A stretch of 64,000 nt of DNA from an uncultured delta proteobacterium (GTDB lineage Bacteria; Desulfobacterota; Desulfobacteria; Desulfobacterales; QNYZ01). The position numbers were made by a program, and so were the translations under genes. The notes under the pieces were generated by a model. That model did no database searches and was not told where the DNA came from. It saw only the letters and a list, made by a program, of their open reading frames with translations. Positions 43,206 through 52,200 of this stretch are shown here, in pieces; the stretch's first letter is position 1; each line of letters begins with the position of its first letter. The stretch spans positions 224,001-288,000 of the forward strand of contig CAWJQU010000003.1 of NCBI GenBank assembly GCA_963845145.1. Reading direction: 5' to 3'.

Positions 43206-44204
43206 ATGCCGAGACTTTATATCGATGAATACACCCGCATTCTGGCCGGCCGGCAAGTTAATATTGCTTGTCGGGAAGGAATTTTGCGCGATCATTTTGA
43301 TGTCATTGTCAACGACATCAAATTTTTGAACCGCCAGGGTATCGTTACCACCCTCTTCCACAACATGGCCAATCGGTTTGCCAACCAAAAGCATTTTCAA
43401 ACGCTGTCTGATCGTCTGATTGAAACCCGCATCGTCCGTGTACCTTCCGACACAGATTTCTATACTGAAGTCCTCAGCCGGGACCCGGGATACAAGCTGA
43501 TCTTTCTGGAACGCAAATACCTCACCGATCCCAAAGGACGCCGTATCAATGTCCTGGATACCGGTCATGTTCGTGATTCATGGTACAGCTATGGCGACCT
43601 GATCGCCAATGCCAGTTTTAAATCGACGATGGAAAAGATCTGTAAGCGAATTGATGCAGGGCATCTCGACCGCGTTCATATACTACCGGTGCGGAAACAT
43701 ACGATAAAACACGAACTTTTCACGGTTGAGGGCACCGGCACCCTGATTGCCAACAACTTCCAGGAATCCTTTCTGCCAATTCTGAGAGACGAAGACGGAC
43801 AGTTGGTGGCTGCTATTCTGAAGCTTTATAAAACCGATGGCTACCTCAAACCGCGTGACGAGATGTATATCAACGCTCACCGTGACAATTTTTATATGAC
43901 TCAAATAGATGGGATAGCCGTTGGCTGCGTCGAATTGATACAGATCGATACCCAAACTGCCGAACTGGGGGCCCTGGCCATATCGACCCGCTTTCGAGGC
44001 CAACGGGTCGGCATTTTTACCGTCAAGTCATTTATCCAGGAAGCGCGCCGACGGGGATATCGCAAGATCATCTCCCTAACGAAAAACCCGCGCCTGCAAT
44101 CGCTTTACATCAAACTGGGATTTTTACGACAATCGCCTGAAAGGTTAGCCAACCGCCAGGCCCGCTCAGAAAAAACACCGATGTATATTTATAGGGTAGG
44201 ATGA
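43206..44204 (+). CDS. GNAT acetyltransferase with a degenerate amino-acid-kinase-like N-terminus (ArgA-like architecture)
   Basis: ELFTVEGTGTLI linker, AELGALAI..FRGQRVG. Confidence 0.65.
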   Translation: MPRLYIDEYTRILAGRQVNIACREGILRDHFDVIVNDIKFLNRQGIVTTLFHNMANRFANQKHFQTLSDRLIETRIVRVPSDTDFYTEVLSRDPGYKLIFLERKYLTDPKGRRINVLDTGHVRDSWYSYGDLIANASFKSTMEKICKRIDAGHLDRVHILPVRKHTIKHELFTVEGTGTLIANNFQESFLPILRDEDGQLVAAILKLYKTDGYLKPRDEMYINAHRDNFYMTQIDGIAVGCVELIQIDTQTAELGALAISTRFRGQRVGIFTVKSFIQEARRRGYRKIISLTKNPRLQSLYIKLGFLRQSPERLANRQARSEKTPMYIYRVG

Positions 44205-44205
44205 C

Positions 44206-45147
44206 TCACTTGGGGTCACAATCGATAGCCACGGAACATTCCCCGTCCTCGTCACTTAAAAACGTCATTCCATCGCCGCCGCTTGTAGATTGGGATGATG
44301 GGTCATAGTACATGACATCCGCTTCCGTGAAACAGGCATGTTGGATGTAATTCACAATTTTCTTTTCACCCTTGATTAACCGATAGCCTTCCGGGCTTTT
44401 AACGATCAGCACCGGTACGGTATCTATTCCCAGGACACCAATTGCAAGGCGATTGATTTCGGGTGAAAAGTTGGGATTTAGATCGATAGCCATGTCCGCC
44501 GGGAATTTATCCAAAGATCCGATGGCATCGATTGGATTCAAATACAGATCGCAGCTATTGCAGGTACTCAGCGCTTTAAGCACATTTTCACAATAAGGGC
44601 AGTTCGACGAAAACACCAGGTAGATCTCTTTGGTCGGTGCCGAACAGGACTTTAAACCGTAAGCGGCCGATTTTAACGGTTCTGCTTGTGAGTAGATCCC
44701 GGCCGGTAAAAACGTTAAGATGGAAAAAGAAAAAAACGTTACGCCCAATACAGCTGCACCGATGATCGTTTGCCGTTTACCATAAAGGAGGTTCAGCACA
44801 AGCACCAATCCGAATATCAGCAGACAATAGCCGCAAAAGGAGCGCGCGACAAATACCTGGTAGGCCAGTAAAACCGTATCGAAAACGAGCCCGGTGGTGA
44901 GAACGACAGCCAGCAGGTCAACAGGCCCGGCCGGTTTACTTTCTCGAAGGCGCCCCCCCCACAAAATCGATAGAAAAAAAACAAATCCCAGCAAATTGAT
45001 AAAAAAAGGCGAAATCAGGGTTAGGCCTTCAACCACCTTGCATCCGGCATTGGGACAAATCGCCGATCCTGTAAACAGGCCATATACAGCCTGAATGGCT
45101 GTAACCATACCACCCATAAAGGCGATTATTTGCATTGGCTTTTTCAA
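44206..45147 (-). CDS. VKOR-like membrane protein fused to a thioredoxin-like domain
   Basis: Loop cysteines CPNAGC, TM helices, FCGYC; then FSSNCPYC and TVP. Confidence 0.75.
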   Translation of the reverse strand: MKKPMQIIAFMGGMVTAIQAVYGLFTGSAICPNAGCKVVEGLTLISPFFINLLGFVFFLSILWGGRLRESKPAGPVDLLAVVLTTGLVFDTVLLAYQVFVARSFCGYCLLIFGLVLVLNLLYGKRQTIIGAAVLGVTFFSFSILTFLPAGIYSQAEPLKSAAYGLKSCSAPTKEIYLVFSSNCPYCENVLKALSTCNSCDLYLNPIDAIGSLDKFPADMAIDLNPNFSPEINRLAIGVLGIDTVPVLIVKSPEGYRLIKGEKKIVNYIQHACFTEADVMYYDPSSQSTSGGDGMTFLSDEDGECSVAIDCDPK

Positions 45148-45236
45148 ACCGTCATCTCATGAGTAACCGCAGACATCTGCCGCAACCGGGTAAAAACATG
45201 GCCGCAGTGACAAAAACCGCAGTAAGTATATTTTAA

Positions 45237-46058
45237 CTATGCCTCAGCACTAACCTCAGACGCTTTTTTTCTCCGATGAAGTTGAACAGGATCTTTTACC
45301 CATTTTCTTTCAACCCAGTTTTGATACAGATCAACACTGAACATCAACATAAGGATAAATATGACAATCCATTGGGGAATATAGGGAAAAGAGCTGCCGC
45401 TGACCATCAGGTGGGCCACATGCCCCCCTTCCAGGATCAAAACGAACCCAATGAGGAGCAGCACAAACAACCCCAGAATCTCAAAGTCCGGATTGCGGCT
45501 CATGTAATCGGAAATAAAACCGGCAAAGGCCAGCATGATAATGACGGAAATAACCACCGACCCTACCATCACCAAGAAAATGTCGGTCATGCCAACCACC
45601 GTTAAAATCGAATCGACCGAAAACAACAGGTTCATCCCCACAATGAGAAAAAGAACACCGCCAAAGCTAGCCACTTCGCCCACTTCCTGCTCCATTCCCT
45701 TGGACTTCAAACGGAGCTCTTTAATCCCCTTCCAGATTAAAAACAGCCCCCCGACAAACAACACAACGGCCTTGCCGCTCAGACTGGCCTTAAAGGCAAC
45801 CCCCAAAAAGGATGTATCGACATGATAAAAAACACTGGTTGCATATTTTAATACCCAACTCACCATGGCCAGGAGAATGATACGAAACGCCATGGCCAGC
45901 AACAAGCCCAGGTTAACGGCTTTTTTGCGCTGATGAAGGGGGAGTTTATTGGCCATGATTGTGATGATGATCAGATTGTCGGCCCCCAGGGCAATCTGAA
46001 TCAATGTCACCGAAAAAAGATTCATCCAAAAAACCGGCTCAAAAAAAACGTCAAACAT
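45237..46058 (-). CDS. TerC family membrane protein
   Basis: IALGADNL, GGLFLIWKG, FSVDSILTVVGM. Confidence 0.9.
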   Translation of the reverse strand: MFDVFFEPVFWMNLFSVTLIQIALGADNLIIITIMANKLPLHQRKKAVNLGLLLAMAFRIILLAMVSWVLKYATSVFYHVDTSFLGVAFKASLSGKAVVLFVGGLFLIWKGIKELRLKSKGMEQEVGEVASFGGVLFLIVGMNLLFSVDSILTVVGMTDIFLVMVGSVVISVIIMLAFAGFISDYMSRNPDFEILGLFVLLLIGFVLILEGGHVAHLMVSGSSFPYIPQWIVIFILMLMFSVDLYQNWVERKWVKDPVQLHRRKKASEVSAEA

Positions 46059-46226
46059 ATCGCTTAATCTCCAATGATATTATTATCCGAATCCAAAAAC
46101 ATCAGACCGGCCATTTTTCTAACAAGAAATATTATAATATTCAAGACGGATGGAGAAACAGCAGGTGTGCGTCATAATCCAGATTGTATTTTTGGGTGTC
46201 CGTTATATAAGGAATGTGCGTGGTGG

Positions 46227-46481
46227 TTAGATGGGTATTATCTGAACGCCTTCACCTGCCAGGAACGCGGTTGTTTTCCCACAGACCGGTGCACCTGTTT
46301 TTAAGGCAAAGGTTGCTTGAGGCCGAACTGTTTTTATTTTCCTGATTTTTTCCAGGATCTTTTTACCATCAGCCATAATAATTCGACTCTTTCGGTTTAT
46401 GACGATGGCAACCGTATTCTCCCCGACCTGCTCAACAACCGTTCTGGGCGTTAGCCCAAATTCTTTTGGTTCCAATATCAT
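46227..46481 (-). CDS. Small hypothetical protein
   Basis: 84 aa with protein-like composition (RKSRIIMADG, APVCGKT). Confidence 0.6.
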   Translation of the reverse strand: MILEPKEFGLTPRTVVEQVGENTVAIVINRKSRIIMADGKKILEKIRKIKTVRPQATFALKTGAPVCGKTTAFLAGEGVQIIPI

Positions 46482-46599
46482 CGTCGGTGTATTCCCTAAT
46501 CCATGGTATGCAAGTTAAACGGCTAATATTAGCCTCAATGTTTTAAAAAAATAACAGATCGAAAGGGTATTGGCTAATAATACAGGTCGATTAGCTCAA

Positions 46600-47001
46600 T
46601 CATTTATTATCATCATTCGGGTGATACTTTTTGCCGGGGTATAACTTTTTGTAAGTTAAGATCAAAAAGTGATCTTCGATCAATGTCGTTATCATTTTTT
46701 TGTCGGCAGGTGATATTCTCGTAAAATGTACGCCAATGGCATCGTAGAGATTATCATTCGAAATACGTTTACCCCACCATACTTTTTTACAGGCTATTGA
46801 CATTTTACGGCCGTTTGGCAATTTGATAGCTACATCAAATTCATCATCGGTTTCAGGCACTTCTGAAAATAACATGATGGAAAGGCCGCTAATACTGATG
46901 TCAACGGTTTTACCTTCCATTGGGCCTTGGGGCGTTTTCACAACCATTGTTAAGGCTAAAGGGGCTCGAAGGTGGTGGCGTCTTTCAATTCCGTTTTTCA
47001 T
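46600..47001 (-). CDS. PilZ domain protein
   Basis: ERRHHLR and DISISG motifs. Confidence 0.85.
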   Translation of the reverse strand: MKNGIERRHHLRAPLALTMVVKTPQGPMEGKTVDISISGLSIMLFSEVPETDDEFDVAIKLPNGRKMSIACKKVWWGKRISNDNLYDAIGVHFTRISPADKKMITTLIEDHFLILTYKKLYPGKKYHPNDDNK

Positions 47002-47282
47002 TTGCAGGTATTGCCTGTTTTAGTATGAAAAGATGTCATCAAGTTTAATCACGCCTTCGGCTTTTGTATAGATAACGTTTTCATTTCTGTTGTATTCTAT
47101 AGAGATTGGCATAGATTTTCTCGTTTGATCGTTAGGCATTGATAGCGGTGAACCCAATAGCCTGGAAAACGATCAGCTACGATTAAGCGTTAAGGTAGCG
47201 GGTTGAAAGGGAGGGGGGACAAAATCATACAGACACCATACTTAACTTTAAAAAGGATAACGTGTCCTGCCAACACAGAAGA

Positions 47283-47762
47283 TTATATCACAAGATTGGA
47301 AATTAGATAAAACTGCCATGAAACGATTGTTATAAAAACCGCTAAAAAAAAATACAATAATGAACCAGTATGTATCTTAAACGGTCTAATATAAATATTT
47401 CTGAACATCAATAGCGTAACGACACCAATAATCGTTAATGCGTATTTGGTAGCAAAAAACCAATACGGTCCAACCTGTATATAAAATGCCATTATGGGAT
47501 TAAGCTCAATGGCACCGTTGTTAATCAAGAATAAGGTCAGCAAGGCATCAACAGCACTTAAGGTTAAAATAATAACGATCGCAGAAAAATAGAAGGCATT
47601 GTATTGATCCACAAAAAAGAATTTTTGTTTATCTACTTTACGCCGAATATTTTTTCTTCTGCCACCAAAGATAAGTGACCGAATATTTATCCTGTTTTCT
47701 TTCCGCCGATCCACTCCTAATCTTTTATGAACGTTGATTTTATTTTTTTGAAGAATATCCAT
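47283..47762 (-). CDS. DUF5658-like membrane protein
   Basis: DALLTL..GAIELNPIM..K, three TM helices. Confidence 0.7.
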   Translation of the reverse strand: MDILQKNKINVHKRLGVDRRKENRINIRSLIFGGRRKNIRRKVDKQKFFFVDQYNAFYFSAIVIILTLSAVDALLTLFLINNGAIELNPIMAFYIQVGPYWFFATKYALTIIGVVTLLMFRNIYIRPFKIHTGSLLYFFLAVFITIVSWQFYLISNLVI

Positions 47763-48015
47763 AACTATCAGCTATCTTATTAATTTTCTCAGAATTTTTT
47801 CTCCTAACCTTACCTTATGCAATATATACACCAATCCAATAAAAACATTCTATCTGACTGTAATTTTTGAAATAAAATTATTGTTAGGAGCTAAGCTGGT
47901 TTGATAATTGGGAAAAGTGGAAATAATTGTTCGATTATATGAAAAAAATTCACACCTACTGATCCAAAAAAGAGAATATGAAGCTGTCATCCCATTTTGA
48001 CTGGTGAGGTGGTCT

Positions 48016-48146
48016 GTTGAGTTCGTAGGGTTGGTAGGGTTCGTTGAGTTTATTGAGTTCGTTAAGTTCATAGGGTTCATTGAGTTTATTGAGTTTATTG
48101 AGTTTACCCAACAAGCCCTATCAACCCAATAAGCCCCAGTACTCAA
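48016..48146. repeat. Degenerate 9-bp tandem repeat array with an inverted tail
   Basis: About 10 units of TTGAGTTTA/TAGGGTTCG type, followed by inverted units CCCAACAAG, CCCTATCAA, CCCAATAAG. Confidence 0.75.
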
Positions 48147-48187
48147 GGAACCCCTTATAGGGGACGTTGTTGACAATATGTTCAAAC

Positions 48188-48981
48188 TTAAGCATCCTTA
48201 CTTCGCCTTAGGGTTCGCGTAAAAATAAGTTCACAATTTTAGGCGTTGAGGCGCCCGCATGGCAAGGCGTGAAAGTGATGGAATATCGAGATATTCCGAG
48301 CTTTCACAACGTCGCCAGACGGGATGCATCGGCGTATAAAATGTGAAATTATTTTTCCGCTAGCCCTTAATAACTGCGCAACACCGGATGTCGATATGCC
48401 CACCTGTCTTGCTGTTTCTGCTAAAGATACACCATAGTCATTGATCAGTTTCAAGGTGAATACGCTTCTCAGGTTCGGTAAACGGGGGCGGCGACTGCCG
48501 CCTTGAAGTCTGGCCACAGTTACTTTGGCCTTCCTGCATTGATTCTTGATCTCTTGGCGGATGTTTTTTTGCAGCTCAATCGCTGGTAACTGATGTTTTA
48601 TCTTTTCCGCGGCATTCTCAATCACCTTTGTGACAAACTCCCCATTGCCGAGTATCCTTTCACCACTTGCCTCTTTAATGCCGCTATTTCGCATCGCTTT
48701 TACATTGGACCAGCCACCCATGGATCTAATTAAGCCTCCCCCCGTCAAATCAGGCCTTTTCCCAAGAACGATTCCTTTTTGGACAGTAGTAAAAAATGGG
48801 CATGATTGGTGATCAGCGACCAGGCATAAATGGATGTCTTTGTATCCATGGCGGTTGCGCTCATACGGATTACAAAATTTTCACGATCCTTGTCATCATC
48901 AACAATCCTGCGCCTTTCAATACCCCGAAGAATCACATGATGAAACGTTCCCGGAGCATCCAGCCTTGGGCCTCGCGGCAT
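48188..48981 (-). pseudogene. Y1 transposase pseudogene (central deletion at about 48785, MITE in the last codons)
   Basis: NHAHFLL jumps out of frame to VQKGIVLGKR; native end VAQLLRRSKDA* at 48188 once the MITE is removed. Confidence 0.82.
48211..48366. mobile_element. 156-bp palindromic MITE with TTA target-site duplication
   Basis: GGGTTCGCGTAAAAATAAGTTCACA...TGTGAAATTATTTTTCCGCTAGCCC; TTA at 48208-48210 and 48367-48369; empty site at 51291-51309. Confidence 0.85.
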
Positions 48982-49212
48982 TTAAGCCACCTTTTTCCTT
49001 TTCTCCTTAATATCGCTTGATATTGTATTTTATCATCAACGTCCCCTATACTAAACGTTGCTGAAAGAGAAACTAAGGGTTGGAAGTTGTGAAATTTAAT
49101 TCATGTAGATGCTTATCTGACGAGGCTTTTAACTATCCTATTGCGTGATTTAGCAGGAATCGGTTCCGCACCTCGATATCGTGGATTGATATGAGGAGTA
49201 TCCAATAATTCC

Positions 49213-50022
49213 CTATTGCTGGAAACAGTATATTCTAACTTCATTTAAGCAAATTTGAGGGAAGGATGATCTTGTCCACTCGCCATTATTAAAATCTACG
49301 TAACCAGTTGTTGCCTCAAAAGTTGACGATCCGTCCGTCCAGTCAGTACAATTGCCACCACCCATTAGGACGCCGCCGTCTATGTCGGTACCTGTCCATA
49401 CTGGCACGCTCCAAGAGTAGTTCGTTACGATTCTTTCATTTGTCTCTGTTAAATTGATTCTTTGATCTAAGTTTCCGTCAGTTAAATCGGCCCATGAGGA
49501 CGCTATCATTGTATGATCTAGCAGGTAATACGGGTGATCAGATTTAATGAAGCGGTTGCTGGGACTCAGGTCTGTGTCCGACAACCAGGCTCTCCATAAA
49601 CCACGTAGTCCGTTATTTCGGGCAAGATCCAGACATATTGCATCTGCACCATCTAATCCGCCCATGTCTCCGGTGTGGGTAGTGCTGGAAAGAAATACAT
49701 AGTTACCTACTTTTCCGCATATCCCTGAATAGCACTCCTGTGTGATACACTCGCTGTGACTATTACACTCTGCACCTGATGCTTTGAGGCAGATTCCTGA
49801 TGTGCAGATTCCGGGACTATTGAGGGGTTGAAGGGTATCGCATTGGGTGTTACAGCTCCCGCAGTGATTCGGATTATTCTGGGTGTCGACACAGGTGCCG
49901 TCACATGACTCAAGCTCTGATGGACAGGTAGATAGTGGTATGACGACTACTGATTGATGAGCATATACTGCATAAAAACTAAGCAAAAAACCCAGGACCG
50001 TTACTGCTGCGATTTTCTTCAT
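49213..50022 (-). CDS. Secreted Cys-rich protein with a DUF1554/endostatin-like C-terminal domain
   Basis: Signal peptide; CVDTQNNPNHCGSCNTQC; GGLDGADAIC..WRAWLSD..VWTGT..NCTDWT..IYCFQQ. Confidence 0.8.
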   Translation of the reverse strand: MKKIAAVTVLGFLLSFYAVYAHQSVVVIPLSTCPSELESCDGTCVDTQNNPNHCGSCNTQCDTLQPLNSPGICTSGICLKASGAECNSHSECITQECYSGICGKVGNYVFLSSTTHTGDMGGLDGADAICLDLARNNGLRGLWRAWLSDTDLSPSNRFIKSDHPYYLLDHTMIASSWADLTDGNLDQRINLTETNERIVTNYSWSVPVWTGTDIDGGVLMGGGNCTDWTDGSSTFEATTGYVDFNNGEWTRSSFPQICLNEVRIYCFQQ

Positions 50023-50300
50023 GATCTTCTTTGACCCTATGTAGCACCTTAAATGATGAGAGCTTGCTTTTTGAGAGCGGTTAAGCCAAAAATTCGAGAT
50101 TGTGTACGGTTATGCTATTATTCGTAATATATGGTGTCTTCCGATTTCCGCTTCCCGTTTATATCCAAATCGTGACACGAAAAAAAACGTATATATCCAA
50201 TGGCGGTTGGGGAGTCAATTGGAAATTTTTCCGAAATGGCCCTAAACCAACACTCGCTCGTAAATATACGATAAGGGATGCAACCTGTGCAACCTGGAGG

Positions 50301-50745
50301 TATAGGGGACCAGCCGCCCATGGATCTGATTAAGCCTCCCCCAGTCAAATCAGACCTTTTTCCAAGAACGATTCCTTTTTGGACAAATGCTTTATAAGAT
50401 CTCCTGGCCTGTTTTTCTTTTCGGCCAAACCATTTTAAAACATACCTCACATCCTGCCATTCATTTTCGCTGTGTCCCATAATCACGCAATGGCCGCCCC
50501 ACCGGTACCGATCAAGCGCCGCCATGGTTTTTACAATACCAGCTCTTAATGGATTCAAATAAATATATCGCACCAGTTCCTTAAAATAAGGGTCTTCCTC
50601 ACAAATAATGGACTTATAACGGTTTTGAAATAAATGGCCATAGCGCCTGTGTCGACGGTTGTATGATATGGCATAGCCCGAAAGAAACCGGCGCATGAAC
50701 TTTGGTAGACCGACGGTGCTGCTGCGTAGTAAAAAATGGGCACAT
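50301..50745 (-). pseudogene. Second Y1 transposase fragment (central region)
   Basis: AHFLL..YNRRHRRYGHLFQNRYKS..RYIYLNPLRAG..GGWS, joined to the terminal sequence TATAGGGGAC. Confidence 0.85.
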
Positions 50746-50779
50746 TTCTTAAAGCCAGAAAAAAACTTTAACCGGGCGT

Positions 50780-51106
50780 TTATTGCGGACTTGTCCCACT
50801 TGTGTTTTGTTTTACCAACTTTTGGATAAGCTTGATTTCCAGATGGCACCCGACGGCGCTAGCATACTTGCGGAGTGTGGATATCGATGGAGAGTGTTTT
50901 TTATTTCCCCCGCCCGCCTCTAATCTGGCAATGGCCGGTGTTTTGGTCCCCATGAGACGAGCCACCTCAGCCTGGGTGAGCCCTGCCTCCATTCTGGCTT
51001 TCAATAATTCGTCAAAAAGCGAGAAATCTTCTTCTAATGCACCAAACTCCTCTTTTACTTCCGGGTTGCTAAATAGTTTTTTTCTTAACTCTTTATGCGT
51101 TAGCAT
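50780..51106 (-). CDS. HigA-like XRE/HTH antitoxin
   Basis: ARMEAGLTQAEVARLMGT..IARLE..SPSISTLRKYA; SD GGAGG. Confidence 0.9.
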   Translation of the reverse strand: MLTHKELRKKLFSNPEVKEEFGALEEDFSLFDELLKARMEAGLTQAEVARLMGTKTPAIARLEAGGGNKKHSPSISTLRKYASAVGCHLEIKLIQKLVKQNTSGTSPQ

Positions 51107-51269
51107 TTGCTTTCACCTCCTTCATCCGCGAAACTGCGATTTTAAGCTCTCTTGAAGGCGTTTTTTGCGATCTTTTAATAAAAGAATGCAGAATGACGAT
51201 TCGTTTACCCGCCAAGGTACAATAAAAAACCCTGCCAATTCCTTCTTTAGATTTCATGCGCAATTCAAA
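51093..51269 (-). pseudogene. 5'-truncated RelE/HigB (Gp49-like) toxin
   Basis: Hand translation FELRMKSKEGIGRVFYCTLAGKRIVILHSFIKRSQKTPSRELKIA; the N-terminal half is replaced by a transposase fragment. Confidence 0.82.
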
Positions 51270-51270
51270 A

Positions 51271-51335
51271 CAAACTTAGGCATCCTTACTTCGCCTTAAT
51301 ATCTGCGAAACACCGGATGTCGATATGCCCACCTG
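51271..51335 (-). pseudogene. Third Y1 transposase fragment (3' end, no MITE)
   Basis: Near-identical to 48183-48210 joined to 48370-48405. Confidence 0.8.
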
Positions 51336-51891
51336 CACCCGTTATTTCTCTTTTTTTGGGTGGGGCTTTTAATTCCAACCCGCCCAGTCACCCATCCGGA
51401 TCAAGGCAAATGTGCTTTTAAAACAACCTTCTAAGCAAGGCCCTGTTCCGCATGTCGGAACCAGAAAATCTTCAGTTCCGTACCGTGGTCAATAGATTTA
51501 ATGACAGATCTTATGGTTCTTAGCCAACCCCTGTTCGACTCACGGTACAGGCAGATCAGTAAATCAGTTCAACGCCTATAGGATATAATAGAATTGCATA
51601 GGAATTCCTTGCAAAAAAATAGAATTCTGTCAAACGGTTTTTACTCGTAGAAAGTTGGTATATATTTCTACGTAGTAAATTTTTAATACAATGAAATAAT
51701 TGGATTATCCAAAGCGGAAAATACGGGCGCGATAGGCTTTGAGTGGGATGATTTTTGCGGTTTTAGTGATGATTTCCCGAGTTGGCCGCTTTTTTGGGCG
51801 TGGTTTGGGATTTTTTTAAGACAGATTCGTCTGGTTCAGGGTCGGTATCGGACGTTGGTCCGTTTGGGTCCGGTTTATGCTGTCTTTAATT

Positions 51892-52122
51892 TGGCGTTTC
51901 CAAGGGGATTCGAACCCCTGTTGTCCCGCTTGAAAAAGCGGGATGTCCTTAACACACATTCTAAAATTAAAAAGACCGCTCAGTTTTTACCTGAACGGTC
52001 TTTAATTTGGCGTCCCCAAGGGGATTTGAACCCCTGTCGTCCCGCTTGAAAAAGCGGGATGTCCTTAACACGCATTCTAAATAAAAAAGACCGCTCAGTT
52101 TTTACCTGAACGGTCTTTAATT
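51892..52122 (-). repeat. Two ~115-bp tandem repeats, each with a tRNA-Glu 3' half and a terminator copy
   Basis: 3'-half copies at 51892-51949 and 52008-52065. Confidence 0.9.
52083..52118 (-). terminator. Intrinsic terminator after tRNA-Glu (second copy at about 51969-52003)
   Basis: AAAGACCGTTCAG-GTAAAAA-CTGAGCGGTCTTTTTT on the minus strand. Confidence 0.8.
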
Positions 52123-52200
52123 TGGCGTCCCCAAGGGGATTTGAACCCCTGTCGCCGGCGTGAAAGGCCGGTGTCCTGGACCAGGCTAGACGATGGGGAC
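52123..52200 (-). tRNA. tRNA-Glu(UUC)
   Basis: GTCCCCATCGTCTAGCCTGGTCCAGGACACCGGCC-TTTCA-CGCCGGCGACAGGGGTTCAAATCCCCTTGGGGACGCCA; cloverleaf with CCA. Confidence 0.96.

Larger units (their letters stand above)
48156..49050 (-). mobile_element. Internally deleted HUH/Y1 (RAYT-like) transposase element with terminal inverted repeats
   Basis: TATAGGGGACGTTGTTGACAA (48156-48176) and TTATCATCAACGTCCCCTATA (49030-49050) flank MPRGPR..HHVILRG..NHAH and a C-terminal HTH. Confidence 0.8.

Noticed and set aside
47850..48185. 111-aa ORF with NSINSI repeats
   Set aside because: An artefact of the 9-bp DNA repeat.
50118..50849. 243-aa ORF as a real gene
   Set aside because: Only 50310-50745 is transposase-derived; both ends are chance read-through.
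51892..51949. att site of an integrated phage or island
   Set aside because: The tRNA 3' duplications lie only about 115 and 230 bp from the gene; I saw no distal copy and no integrase.
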